DNA of 62,746 bases, the filler included, from Octopus bimaculoides (Eukaryota): the NCBI RefSeq assembly GCF_001194135.2. It is 5 parts of 4 records of this genome, joined end to end, with 100 filler letters (N's around TTAATTAATTAA, not from the genome) between each part and the next. Parts side by side here need not be neighbours in the genome. Positions count along the whole stretch, not along the records: positions 25,414 to 40,501 come from NC_068996.1; positions 40,602 to 54,924 come from NC_069000.1; 3 more parts are not named here. One strand, written 5' to 3'. This document shows, piece after piece, positions 38,205-51,427 of this stretch; positions within the stretch are counted from its first letter, which is position 1; every line of letters starts with the position of its first letter. The position numbers and the translations under genes were made by a program. Under the pieces are notes generated by a model that saw only the letters and a program-made list of their open reading frames with translations, was not told where the DNA came from and did not search any database.

Positions 38205-38283
38205 TGTATGTATCTATCTATCTATCTATCTGTCTATCTATCTATCTGTCTGTCTCTTTGTCTGTCTGTCTATCTGTCTGCCC

Positions 38284-38335
<52 letters not shown>

Positions 38336-38338
38336 GTC

Positions 38339-38380
<42 letters not shown>

Positions 38381-39148
38381 TGTCTATCAATACATATGTA
38401 TATATGCATATCTTCTTTCTTTTACGTTTTACTTATTTCAGTCATTAGACTGCCGCATGATGGGATACCGCCTTGAAGAGTGAAATGACCCCAGTACAAA
38501 TATTCTAGATGTTGGTGTGTGTGTATGTATATGTGTGCGTGTATGTATACACACACACGCACACACACATATATATGCATGTACGCACATATGTATGAAT
38601 TCATAATATGTATGTATGTATATATGAAAGTCTGTGAAAGCGTTATGCGTATTGCAGTAAATATATATTACTCATTTCAAAATAATACTTATTTGAAAAG
38701 TAAAATAAAATAAAATAAAAATGGCATTTTTACTATATAAAACTGGTATTTCTGATGTTGTAGGAGACAAGTTAGAAAGAATGTGTACATCACGTGACTT
38801 CTGACGGTTCTTCCCGTGAAATAGACTAATAATGGCGACCTTTACCCACTTCCGCCATACTTCCAAATTCTAGGCATAACATTTTCTTTCCATAATATAT
38901 CTATTATTCCTATTCAAAGGAAGTCTTTTGTTATGCTTCAGAAACTCGATGAATGCAGCAAAAACTGACCAGTCCGCTATTTTGGCCAATCCCAAAATAA
39001 ACTTAACTTAGCTATTGATCAAAACACATTCTTCTTCTTCTTCTTCTTCTTCTTCTTCTTCTTCTTCTTCTTCTTCTTCTCCTCCTCCTCCTCCTCCTCC
39101 TCCTCCTTCACCACCACCACCGCCACCNNNNNNNNNNNNNNNNNNNNN

Positions 39149-39216
<68 letters not shown>

Positions 39217-39890
39217 ATTTTGTTTTTGTCCATTTAAAAAAAATCCCTCCACGCTTTTGCATTTACTTATTATTATTATTATTTTTTTTTGTAAATTCGC
39301 ACATTGCAAATGTTACTTTGTAGTGAAACACGATCAGCGAGTGATAGTAAGTAATATTATGTTTTCTTTTTTTTTGTATGTGTTGTGTTGATTTGTTTTG
39401 GTTTACGAACAACCGCATATACGCACGCACGCACGCACGCACGCATACGCCCGTGCGCACACGCACATACACACACACACACGCACACATTCATTCATAT
39501 CTACATACACACGTACATACATATATACATACATACGAACACATACATATACGCGTATAAATACATGGATGTGTGTGTGTTTGTGTTTGTGTGTGTATGT
39601 CTATGTGTGCTTGTTTTGTATTTGTGCGTGTGTGTGTGTGTTCGATTTTTATTGCTGTATAATTTACCATTATTTGAATTCACCTGCTTTTACGATAATT
39701 TTCCACGAATTAATAACATCCCAGGATTTGATGAAACGCGTATTACTTTCACTAGATGACTCACAATGTGTCTTTAGAATGGGTAACGTATCTTACACGC
39801 ATTTGTTTTCTGTTTAAAAACCTACACAAAATACCCCACACAGGAAAAATAACACTGAGTGAGAAAAAGAGGTTCAAGAGAAAGAGTAAG

Positions 39891-39945
<55 letters not shown>

Positions 39946-40442
39946 TTGAGAGATGAAAAGAAAGAGGAATATAAAGAGAACAATGCGTTAAATCCACGTA
40001 ATTAAAAATACCAAACATAAAGAAAAAAAGGGAGCCGTGTTGATATCTAATCATTGAACCCAAGATAGACATCTGATAAAATATGCTTGCTGAAGCTCTG
40101 CACCGCAGCAGTCTCACGCAAACGCTTTGGTATTAGGCTGAAAAGTAACATTATGATATAAACTACTTGACTGGACCACCAGTGGTTAGCATTCGATAGA
40201 TGTATGAATACCATAGAGAAATTTGTCGTGAATTTCAACAAACAAATCTTGAAAATGTATGAAACACACTTGAAGCAGGAAACAAACATTGAAAAGCCTT
40301 AAATGGATTCGATGTACCAGCTTGAGTAGCGTTTGATGAAAAATGGTTAAAATGATTGATATCTATTAACCTTGTTTAACAGTAAGCACTTACATATAAA
40401 GATACAAACATACATACATACATACAAGCGTATAGATATATA

Positions 40443-40501
<59 letters not shown>

Positions 40502-40601
40502 NNNNNNNNNNNNNNNNNNNNNNNNNNNNNNNNNNNNNNNNNNNNTTAATTAATTAANNNNNNNNNNNNNNNNNNNNNNNNNNNNNNNNNNNNNNNNNNN
40601 N
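40502..40601. other. Artificial scaffold spacer N44-TTAATTAATTAA-N44
   Basis: Exact 100-bp structure. Confidence 0.95.
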
Positions 40602-40660
<59 letters not shown>

Positions 40661-40739
40661 CACACATATATATATATATATATAAAACAAATAAATAAAC
40701 AAACAAACAAACCAAAAATCAGTTGAATGTGTGCTGTAA

Positions 40740-41620
40740 AACAGAGTTCAATATCTGGAAACGATATATGGAGTCCACTACTACCACTAGCGAGCCAATC
40801 TCTGGTAGGAAAGAATCAATTTGTACCAAACAAACTGTTGAAGCTGTGAAGAAGTGAGTGAGCTGAAATACCCGCTGGAGTGCAAGAAAAAGTGCAAAAG
40901 CTCTTGATATTTCTAAATCGTCAATGCACAGAGAATTTAATGTTAATTGCATACAAGAAACAATTCCGGTATCTATATTTCAGCAGCTTCCAAGAAGAAA
41001 CGGCTCGACAGGGGTAAAACCATGTTAGCTGAGATGAAGCGCGTCGCTAAGTGTTGATCTGGTCCGACGAGAAGATCTTCACCGTGGAGGCAGTTACCAA
41101 CAGGCAAAAAATGACAGGCTTTATGCCACATAATGCAGGAGACTTGCCCGAAGGTAGCAGGAGTCATTTACTTCGTCAGAAGCCAGCTTCACTCATGATG
41201 TGGACCGTAGATGCATCTGAGGGGTCTAAATCTCCCTTGATCTTCATCATGGTCAACAGTGGAGTTTATGTGGAATTGTTGGATGAGAAAGTGTTACCCT
41301 GGGACACAGAAATTTTTGGAGACAGTTACATCTTCACTCCAGACGGTGCCCTGGCAGACATATCCAATTTGACAGCGGTTTTTGGGACAAGACATTATGG
41401 CCTCCCTGAAGTCCAGACACCAATCCCATTGATTTTCCTATCTCATTCATCTTAGAGAGTAATGTTTCTGCTCGCTCCAGTTCAAATGTGTCAGATCTGA
41501 AGAAAGTCCTGTCTTCATGGATCAAGTCGGATGAAGAGGTGGTACGGCGTTCACGCAACTCAGAAACCAGTTGTTTGCAACTTACACGAGTACAAACGAC
41601 AGAGACATTAAAGGGGTAAA
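40740..41620 (+). mobile_element. Tc1/mariner-superfamily (maT/DD37D-like) transposase relic
   Basis: WSDEKIFTVEAVTNRQ, RQKPASLMMW, KSPLIFI, VLPW...YIFTPDGA, WPP*SPDTNPIDF. Frameshifted. Confidence 0.85.
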
Positions 41621-42419
41621 AGAACGGTAACACCTCTCTTCCACCGCTTTAATATATTTAATATATTTTAGTGTGTTTAATTTGTTTATCCGCATAATTG
41701 CCTCTATACCTGCTCAGCTTGATCCCCTTATAGCCTTGCCTTTCTTTACCTTGTGGAATCGATCCCCTGTAAACATATCGGGGATGAGCACTACTCATCG
41801 TCTTTAAGGAAAATTTCTGGATCTCATCTGTGGATTATATATATATATATAAATATATATATAAAAAATACAGTGTACATTTAAAAACATTAGAGATGTC
41901 CATAATAGGACATCTAACCTGCTAGAAGGAACAGTCAAACTCCACACCACAAATTAGGGATAATTTCGAAAGGGAATGAAAATTAAAAACATTTACCATC
42001 TATTTTCCGAACCAATGGTTTCAAGCTATATTTAGCAAAATAAAATATCTTGCAAGGACATCTATCATCAGCGGAAAAGCCAAGATTAACATATAAACAC
42101 GAGGCACTACATGACTTGTGCTTATATGCTATAATTTTTCAAAATCTCCCGCGCATGTGCGGGAGTCATAAAAATAGAACCCACTTACGGCATCAAAATA
42201 AATTTGCTGCAAGATACGCATACAAGCGTGTTTTTTTTTTAGTAAAAATATGTTATAAACGCAAATGCAACACGTATACTCACATATTTATTTACATATA
42301 CATATAATATCTATGTCGTACACATACACCTACGGACACACATATACACATAGGCACACATCATATACACACCAACAATATGCATGTATATTTATATCTG
42401 TGTGTGTGTATGTGTGTGC

Positions 42420-42462
<43 letters not shown>

Positions 42463-42498
42463 CATACATACATATATACACATAAATTCACACACACA

Positions 42499-42554
<56 letters not shown>

Positions 42555-42704
42555 TATTGTAGTAAATTAATGACGCGTTACGTCGTGTGTTGAGACACTA
42601 TAATGTACTTAAAATAAATCAAATTTTCAGTTAACACTACTAAAATTAAAGTGTACGAGAAACACAATAGTATTGACTGCTGCTGCTATTGCCGCAACAA
42701 CAAA

Positions 42705-42745
<41 letters not shown>

Positions 42746-43154
42746 AAGCTTGTTCTGAACATTGAATGCATTCTAATTTATAAGACATATCGCATCGGCT
42801 GGAAACCTAGTTTTTTTTCTAAAGTACATTATGGAGCCACATCGAAATACCCTCGCATTGATCTATTAATCGAATTAGCCTTGGGAAACGTGTTATTTAT
42901 GTAAATCAAATATTTTGATTTAGTAGGCTCTGGATCCCACTGACTATGAACATAATGCATTGGTGGACAGTTATAGACAAATGTTAAATTTCTGTTGTGA
43001 TTTCTAAAGTAAAAGAAACTATTTGGATTGATCCGTGTTTTTCTCTTCAGGAAGATATTGTGACAAATGCCTACTTTTGTCTTGCTGACTGAAAACCTAG
43101 ATTCAATGGAACGTTTGTGTGTCTAGATGTGCGTTTGTGTGTGAGCATGTGTCT

Positions 43155-44010
43155 TTTATCGTTTATCTTTTATTTGTTTCAGTCATCAGAACGCGGCCAT
43201 GCTGGGGCACTGCCGTGATGAATTTTTGTCGAACGAATCGACTCCAGTACATATGTTTTGTTTTTTAAACCTGGTACTTATTCTATCGGTGTCTTCTGCC
43301 GAGCCGCTAAGATACGGGGAGGTAAACATATCAACACCAGTTGTCAAGCGGTGGTGAGGAACAAACGTAGACACAAAGTCTTACACACACACACACACAC
43401 ACACACACGTACATGCATACATACATACATGCATATATATATGTGCATATAGGTTCAAAATTAATGAGAAAGACGTAGGTGTGTATATGTATGAGTGTAT
43501 NNNNNNNNNNNNNNNNNNNNNNNNNNNNNNNNNNNNNNNNNNNNNNNNNNNNNNNNNNNNNNNNNNNNNNNNNNNNNNNNNNNNNNNNNNNNNNNNNNNN
43601 NNNNNNNNNNNNNATATATATATATATATATATAATCTTTATCTTCTACCTGTGTCAGTCATTGGACTGCAGCCATGTTGGGGCACTGCCTTGGAGGGTT
43701 TTATTCGAACGAATCGACTCCATTACTTAGTTTATAAGTCTAGTACTTATTCTATAGGTCTCTTCTACGGAACCGTTAAATTACGGAGACGTAAACAAAC
43801 CAACACAAACGCTGGGGGTGGGATAAGCACAAGCGCTATGATACACACAGACACACACCCATACACATACATTCGCACACATATATATACGACGTGATTC
43901 CACATAGTTTCCGATTACCAAATTCATTCATGGCATTGGCAGGTCTGGGGGTTATAGTAGAAAATACTTGCCCAATGTGTTGTGCAGTGGGACTGAACCT
44001 TAAATCCCGT
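43155..44010 (-). mobile_element. Two SINE family C copies separated by a microsatellite and gap
   Basis: 3' half at 43155-43410 and a near-complete copy at 43636-44010 (TTTCAGTCAT...GCCATGCTGGGGCACTGCC, TAGTAGAAAATACTTGCCCAA). Confidence 0.7.
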
Positions 44011-44418
44011 GACTTCGGAAGGGTTTTAACTCAGAGCGTAAAGGGCTGTAAAGCACGGTTTTCAATATAGACCAATGGCAAAGATTCTGGACGTTGGAGA
44101 TGTCGATAAACCGGAAATAAATGATGGCAAAAATTAAGCCGGGGGATAGGCAGAACCGTTAAGGGGCGTCTCACTGCCCTGTGGAATCCATTCCTCCTCT
44201 TCACATTCTGAGTTCAAATTGCACTGAGGTCAATGTTTCTTTTTATCTTTTCGGGGTCGACAAAATAATGTATCAGTCATTGAATGTCAATCGGTGTCAA
44301 CATGGAATGAGCTAGAAAGGTACAGTAGAGCCTAACCATGGGATTCAGACGACAGAGCAAGTGACGTACCACCGTCACATCAATATATACATATTCATAA
44401 CACTATAAAACTGCTCTT

Positions 44419-44476
<58 letters not shown>

Positions 44477-45219
44477 NNNNNNNNNNNNNNNNNNNNNNNN
44501 NNNNNNNNNNNNNNNNNNNNNNNNNNNNNNNNNNNNNNNNNNNNNNNNNNNNNNNNNNNNNNNNNNNNNNNNNNNNNNNNNNNNNNNNNNNNNNNNNNNN
44601 NNNNNNNNNNNNNNNNNNNNNNNNNNNNNNNNNNNNNNNNNNNNNNNNNNNNNNNNNNNNNNNNNNNNNNNNNNNNNNNNNNNNNNNNNNNNNNNNNNNN
44701 NNNNNNNNNNNNNNNNNNNNNNNNNNNNNNNNNNNNNNNNNNNNNNNNNNNNNNNNNNNNNNNNNNNNNNTATATAGTATGCTAAAACTATTACAACTAG
44801 ACCCTGGTATACCGAATATTTTAATAACAATAGAAAAGCAAACGAAAATATTGAAGCCTACACATGTTGAAAACATACAGCACTTCATTTGGTTGTACTC
44901 TGAGGACATGCATCATTGACAAACCTCATCGAATTAAGAACATGTAAAAAAAAAAAAAAAGAATAAATACTTCAGAGAATTATAAGAGGCAGTTGGATGA
45001 CGGCCGCGTCTTTTGCTTATAGTTATTCTAAGTGCCACATATCGATGGATCTGTTAATCGTCCTTCAGTCGATCACTTTGAATAATGTTAGAAAATTTAC
45101 AGCCCATTAAAATACAAATAACTGACATGTTGAAGGATTTAAAATTATACCAAAATCAATGGAAATTTTATTATTCATACTTCAACTGTCAACAAGAAGT
45201 CTAATTTACAGCTGCTACC

Positions 45220-45310
45220 ATGTCTGCGAAGAGAAAGCGGACATCTTTTCATAATTGAACAGAGAAGCAATATTTTTTGTGTGTCTAGATCGTGGTAAAA
45301 AGCACCAATG
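45220..45310 (+). mobile_element. Possible pogo/Tigger transposase N-terminus
   Basis: Frameshifted reading MSAKRKRTSF-IIEQRSNIF-CLDRGKK resembles the Psq-type HTH start of Tigger transposases. Confidence 0.3.
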
Positions 45311-45879
45311 AGTGGACAAAAGTACATTTATCGGCTGAAGGACGAGTAGAAGATTTATCGGCTGAAGGATGAGCAGTGTATTTATCTGGTCAAATCCTCC
45401 TCACCCGTTTCGTTTCTAACTGTAATAATGATAGCAAACAACAACAATAACAGCAAGAAGATTAATTGTTTCAAATTTTGGTATAGAGCCAGCTATTTTA
45501 ATTAGATTACATCGATCCCAGTACTTTATTAGTATTTATTTTGTCGGCTCCCAAAAATATGAAAACAAAGTTAATCTTGGAACTCTGAATTTAAGGAGCC
45601 AGAAGAAATGCTGAAAAAGGTTTGTGCCTGACACATTACCGATTCTGCCAGCTCGCCAGTAATAATAGTAATAGTAATTTTTTTAACCTCAAGGACCAAG
45701 ACGTTGAAAGTACAGTACAACAGTGCAATACAAAGGTAACAACAATTAAGAAACTGAGGAAATTACATGAATGAAAAGCCAGAAGAGGTCAATCAAACGA
45801 TAAAGACATTAAGGATTAATCATAATAACACTACGGTATAAACAAATAACAGTATTTTATTTGTTATTGTTCGACATAA

Positions 45880-46015
45880 AAAGTGAAGACACACTTTGGT
45901 CTCCTCTCTCCACGCCGCTGCTGTTGTCCGAGGGAAACGCAAAGGCCAATACAGCTTGGCACCAGTGACGTCGCAACCTCACGATTGTAAATCCGACGCC
46001 CGAACCACTGAGCCT
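45880..46015 (-). mobile_element. Internally deleted tRNA-derived SINE (further family)
   Basis: Reverse complement GGCTCAGTGGTTCGGGCGTCGG (A box) is joined to GCGACGTCACTGGTGCCAAGCTGTATTGGCC. Confidence 0.5.
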
Positions 46016-46159
46016 ATTTGGGCAGAAGGTGAAGGCAAGAGAAATAACTCCAGAATTTAAAACGGATTAAAATTTATTTGGAGACACTGCGGAATGATTC
46101 AGATCTTTGATAAGCACGTTAATAACTCTCTACTACTGCTGCTATTACAAAAACAACAA

Positions 46160-46304
46160 CGAGAAGAATAGAAGAAGAAGAAGAAGAAGAAGAAGAAGAA
46201 GAAGAAGCAGAAGAAGAAGAAGAAGAAGAAGAAGAAGAAGAAGAAGAAGAAGAAGAAGAAGACAACTGCTAGAATAACAGCAACAACAGCTACTGCTGCT
46301 GCTG

Positions 46305-46358
<54 letters not shown>

Positions 46359-46492
46359 TGACGATGAGGACGACGATGATGACGACGACGACGACGAAGA
46401 CGTTCACGAATACTGCAGCTATTACTACAACTAATACAAGATAATGAAGATGATAAAAAAAAGTGGTAGCAGTAGTAGAAGAAGAAGAAGAA

Positions 46493-46537
<45 letters not shown>

Positions 46538-46657
46538 AAGAAGAAGAAGAAGAAGAAGAAGAAGAAGAAAAGTAGTGGTAGTAGTAGTAGTAGTAGTAGT
46601 AGTAGAAGAAGAAGAAGAAGAAGAAGAAGAAGAAGATAAAGAAGAAGAAAAGTAGTG

Positions 46658-46688
<31 letters not shown>

Positions 46689-46810
46689 AAGAAGAAGAAG
46701 AAGAAGAAGAAGAAGAAAAGTAGTGGTAGTAGTAGTAGTAGTAGTAGTAGAAGAAGAAGAAGAAGAAGAAGAAGAAGAAGAAGAAGAAGAAGAAGAAGAA
46801 GAAGAAGAAA
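46160..46810. repeat. Compound (AAG)n/(TAC)n/(TAG)n microsatellite block
   Basis: Read directly. Explains the ORFs at 46099-47003. Confidence 0.95.
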
Positions 46811-48244
46811 ACAATAAACAGGAATAATTGGTGCCTTTAGGTATAATCTTGTTGAAGTTTTCATTACGCCCGAAGCAGTAAGCAATATCTAAGAGAGAAG
46901 TATCACTTGACAAAGTATAGATATGAGCATCGCCTGGAACCGCTCGTTTTATTTGGAAAGAATATTTCTGTTTGAACTTTTCTAACCTGAAGGCAACAGC
47001 CATTAAGACTTCCGTTTCTTAACCCTTACAGTGACATGTAAAGGCAATAATAATTTTTTTCGAACATAGGCACGAAGCCAACATCAATACTGCTTTCCAC
47101 AGCCCAGGCATTTTAAGTAACATCATTCGAAATTTTATGTTATTTTAAAGAGGCGGTGGATGTTGGAATATATAATTAGAGTAAAGGAAAACACGAAATA
47201 CGTGGCAGTATTTGTGTTTGGGTGTTGCATAGAAAGATAGAATCGATTATACCGATTTCTAGTGTTTGATTTTTATTTATTTGATCGAACCTGGAAATAT
47301 TAGATTCAAAGTTGACCTCTGATGGAATTAGAGTTCTGATTTTAAAGGTAGATAACGAAATGGTTTAGCAACATTTTGTCAGGGTCTCTTTCGATTCAGC
47401 AATGCAGTAACATTAGCAGCAGCAGAAGCAACAACAGCAAATTTCTTTATGAGCTATAAAGGCTCAAAGAGACGCAGAAAATATGCAAAATACTATTAAA
47501 GAGGGAGATTACGAAGACGTTTGGTGTAGAGTGGACGAATTATAGAAAATGAGAGGAGGAGGCAGAGACGTTGATAAATATATATTTGGACGAATTGAAC
47601 TTGAAGAACATAGACGCTAAAAAAGATATAAAACCAAGAAATAAAATCTATAGCAAAGTTTTTCTCGAAATCATAAAAAACATTCTTCATATGATACATT
47701 TGCTGCAAAAACTAATGGTTGACATGCTCTTTTCCCCACAAAACAGGTACAAGCTTACTACCATGCGTCACGACAGGGAAAAAAAACCTTGTGCAGTGAT
47801 TTGGCAAAGTCATGGGATGATTCCCTCGTTCCATCCAAAGAAAGACTCGAAAAGAGACCTGAGAGGTATTTTGAGTAAGATCTCCTTTATTGGAAGAGGG
47901 AAAACATACAGTACCATGGATGCCGTCTTTAAAACAGAGGATGAGAGTTAAAATGCAAGATCAGATTGCTCCAGTCATACCAGCCCTCAAATCAGTATGG
48001 GGTTATCATGGGAATACATGTCCTTGGGACCTAATGAGACAAAAGAAAGCAAAAACAAAGCAAAACAAAACATAACAAAAACATCAGTATATTTTATTAA
48101 AGAGTTCTAAGAGAAGGGCTTAAAGCTCATCCTCCTGGTAGACATTCCAACTGCGACACGTGAGAACAACCAAAACATGAGGAGGTTACAAGTGTTTTGA
48201 ATAAAGAGTACTTAAATTCTTTCTACAATTCTTTCTATTTTAGC

Positions 48245-48890
48245 TTGTATCATTTACTTGTTTCAGTCATTAGGCTGCGGCCATGCTGGGGCATCGCCTT
48301 GAAGAATTTGCAATCGAATTTGTTGATCTTAGTACTTATATTTGTTTTTAAAACCTGGCACTTATTCTATCGATTTTCTTTTTCGCCGAACCTTTAACTT
48401 ACGGGGAGATAAACATACCATCACCGGTTGTCATGCTGTGGTGGGGGAATGAACAGACACACTGACACGCACACACACGCGCGCGTATATATATATATAT
48501 ATATATATATATGGGAGAATGTACGAAAAAAAAAACAACAACAGACGAGGACAGGTGGTGTAAACAACAAAAGCACGTATTAGTTGGACGCTCGGGAATA
48601 CAGAAAGTCTTTAACGTTTCGAGCTACGCTCGTCAACAGAAAGAATACGGAGAAAACAAGGAGAAAAACACGGAGAAAAAAAAATTGAATGGTGTTTGGT
48701 CAACGATGTGTGTGTGTGTGTATATATACGACTGGCTTCTTTCAGTTTCTGTCTACCAAATCCACCCAAAAGGCTTTCGTCAATATGAGGCTATAGTAGA
48801 AGATAGTTTTCCAAGGTGCAACGCAATGGGTCTGAACCCCAAGCCAGGTGGTTGGGAAGCAAGCTTCTTGCACAGAACCATGCATGCGCC
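48245..48890 (-). mobile_element. SINE family C split by a nested insert
   Basis: 3' half at 48245-48480 and head half at 48729-48890. Unrelated sequence 48511-48705 sits within the internal (TA)/(TG) microsatellite. Confidence 0.75.
48511..48705 (-). mobile_element. Probable Penelope-type terminal-repeat fragment with hammerhead-like core
   Basis: Minus strand CTGTTGACGAGCGTAGCTCGAAACGTTAA in a pyrimidine-rich context. Bounded by (TA)n/(TG)n. Confidence 0.5.
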
Positions 48891-49474
48891 TTTATTTTTT
48901 CTTTATAAGAATGTTTCCTTATTCATTTTTATGCTGTGATTGTCGTCAATCTGGTCCTATTTATTTATTCCATTTTCTGTCTCTTTTGTGAATTCATTGA
49001 TATTTCTTTTACCTTTTGTTAGCATTTGTTCGATGGTTTACTTTGTACCGTCTAATTCTTCTGAAGGGCGTAACCCCAAAAAGAAACTATTTTTAGCCTT
49101 AGAATAAACGGAAAATATAAAAAAATTTTTTTTGTCTAAAACGTAGATTTCCAAATTGTTCAATAGAAATAAGAGTAAACAAAAAACAAAAACAAACTCT
49201 TATCCACATGAAAGAACTTTTCCAACGGTTGACAAGGGAATCCATTTCGCTTGTCACAGGGAGGGAGCTGTCTCCCTTGCCAGCCGTTGACGGGTTCCTT
49301 TCTGTTTCCGTCTACCAAATCTACTCACAAGGCTCTGGACGGCCCGAGTTACGTAAAATATGTATTTGTTGTTGCTGTTGTTTTGCTGCTTAACCCTACA
49401 CCATCTCAGATCTAGTAGACCTAATACCAATGCCATTCCAAGTATTACCATCTCGTCCTTTGTGTAGTCAAAAG

Positions 49475-50402
49475 AGTGGTCTGATCAATAAGTATCCGGA
49501 CTGCTGCTATAGTAACGAAATTAAAGCACGCAGAGTAAAGCCACTTGGTACAGATTGACCTTGAACTCTGCTGTGCCTGTGCTCTAAGTTCTAACTTCTA
49601 GCTCACTTTCACTGTTTACAGCAGTGCTTGGAAGGAAGATGTGTTGAGTGTGATCGTCGCATTGACCATGACAGAGAACGTTGAGCAGAGAATATGCATC
49701 AAGTTTTGCCAAAAGCCTGGCGATACCTGCTCAGAGGCCTACGCAAGGTTTTCAAAAGGTTTTTATCGTTTTCAACACAGTCAAGGAGATCTTGTGCAAC
49801 TGAAACCCGAGTGTCTTTTTGATCAGCTGAAAGCTGTTTTGCACAAACTTGTCAGACACGCATTTCATGCCCAAATCTTCAGTGATAATGGACTGAACTG
49901 AACCGTATCTAATCTGCACATCCTCTGATAACTCACGGATGGTGATTCGACGATTTCCCCAAGCAGCTGCGTGTGCATCTGCGATGTTTTTTCAGTTTTG
50001 ATGGCTGTGGGTCTCTCAGAACGTTCGTCACTATCGATATATTTTCGGCTATCTTGGAAACATCCAAACCACTCGTACATTTGTGTGCGGCTCATACACA
50101 CTTCATATATTTTCTGCAACTTTGCGTAGGACTCTGAGCAGGTATCGCTATGGCAATTTTCCGCCACTATTACCACAGCCGCCATTATGACAATTTCCTC
50201 TATCATGGTCAATGCGACGATCACACACTACACACCTTCCTTCCAAGCACCGCTGTAAACAGCAGAAGTGAGCTAGAACGTTGGAACTTAGTGCGGATGC
50301 ACAGCAGAGTTCAAGGTAAACCTTTGCCGAGTAGCTTTACTCTGCGTGCTTTAGCTTTTTTAGTATGGCAACAGTCCGGATACTTATTGATCAGACCTCG
50401 TA
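49475..50402. mobile_element. Fold-back non-autonomous mariner made of two 5' ends
   Basis: Ends GGTCTGATCAATAAGTATCCGGACT and its reverse complement, finishing in TA (50401-50402). Both arms encode the transposase N-terminus (MTENVEQRICIKFCQK; MSRTQMYEWF...DERSERP) facing inward. Confidence 0.85.
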
Positions 50403-51396
50403 TTACCTTGAATTACTTTAATCTATAAGTATGTTTTCCTTTATCTTTTGAGATGGTGATGTATAATTTGAGGGATATTTGTCCGCTATTTTTAGCAGCT
50501 CAAGGTCATTGGTATTATTGTTGTTATTGAGCAGCAGAAGTAAACTGATCGATCACGTCTCAGATCATAATCTCGAACAACCGTGACCATCCCGCCTTTC
50601 CGTATATTTACGATTGTGTCATCCGAGGTGCTCTTCCTTTTTCTCCAGGAGCGTACATGATTTAAAGGGAGATTTGGTGGCTATTTATCGCTAGATCGAG
50701 TGAGCAAGTAGAGACTGTCTTGATAGGTGTCGTTGGTGATGGTAACACTGATGGTGGCGGAAGCTGTAGTGCCGTTGACCATCATAGTGCTTGTGGTGGT
50801 TATGGTGGTAGTGTTGATGTTGATAATAGTAGCAGTAGTAGTAGTGGTAGTAGTAGGAATAGTAGTAATGGTAGTAGTGATAGTAATAGTAGTGATGGTG
50901 ATGTTAGTAATAATTGTCGTAATGGTGGCAGTAGTGTTGAAAAAAAATAGTTGTCGTGGTTGTGGTGTAATGGTGGAAATGATGTTAACTGTGAGGGTGG
51001 TGGTGGTAGTAGCTTTGGTAAAGATACAGGTTGATAATGGTGACGTTGGTAATAGTGTCGGTTGTTGCGGCGGAAAGCAGTGGTGGTGGTGGTAGTGATG
51101 TTGTTAGCGGAGTTAGTAGCCATGGTAGTAGTGGTGCTTGTCGTGGTGGCTGTGATGGTAGTTGTGGCTGAAGTATTGGACACCCCCTACTACTGTGTCA
51201 TGTGTTACGATATCAGCAAGTTACAATTAGGAAGTGTCAACTGGGGTTTGGCAGAGGTTGAAGGTCACATAGTTGTGTTTGGCTAATATTTAACTAAGCA
51301 CAACATACAAACATACGTACACATACATGCAAGTGTGCGCTTATGTATGTATGTATGTATGTATTATGTATGTATGTATGTATGTATGCATGTATG

Positions 51397-51427
<31 letters not shown>

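Noticed and set aside
47571-47951. 126-aa ORF in non-microsatellite sequence
   Set aside because: No recognisable motif, no real ATG start and AT-rich composition. More likely a decayed TE fragment; blastx would settle it.
50720-51286. Val/Ser/Thr-rich ORFs resembling a mucin or membrane protein
   Set aside because: Decayed (GTA)/(GTG)/(GTT) trinucleotide field that is open in several frames on both strands.
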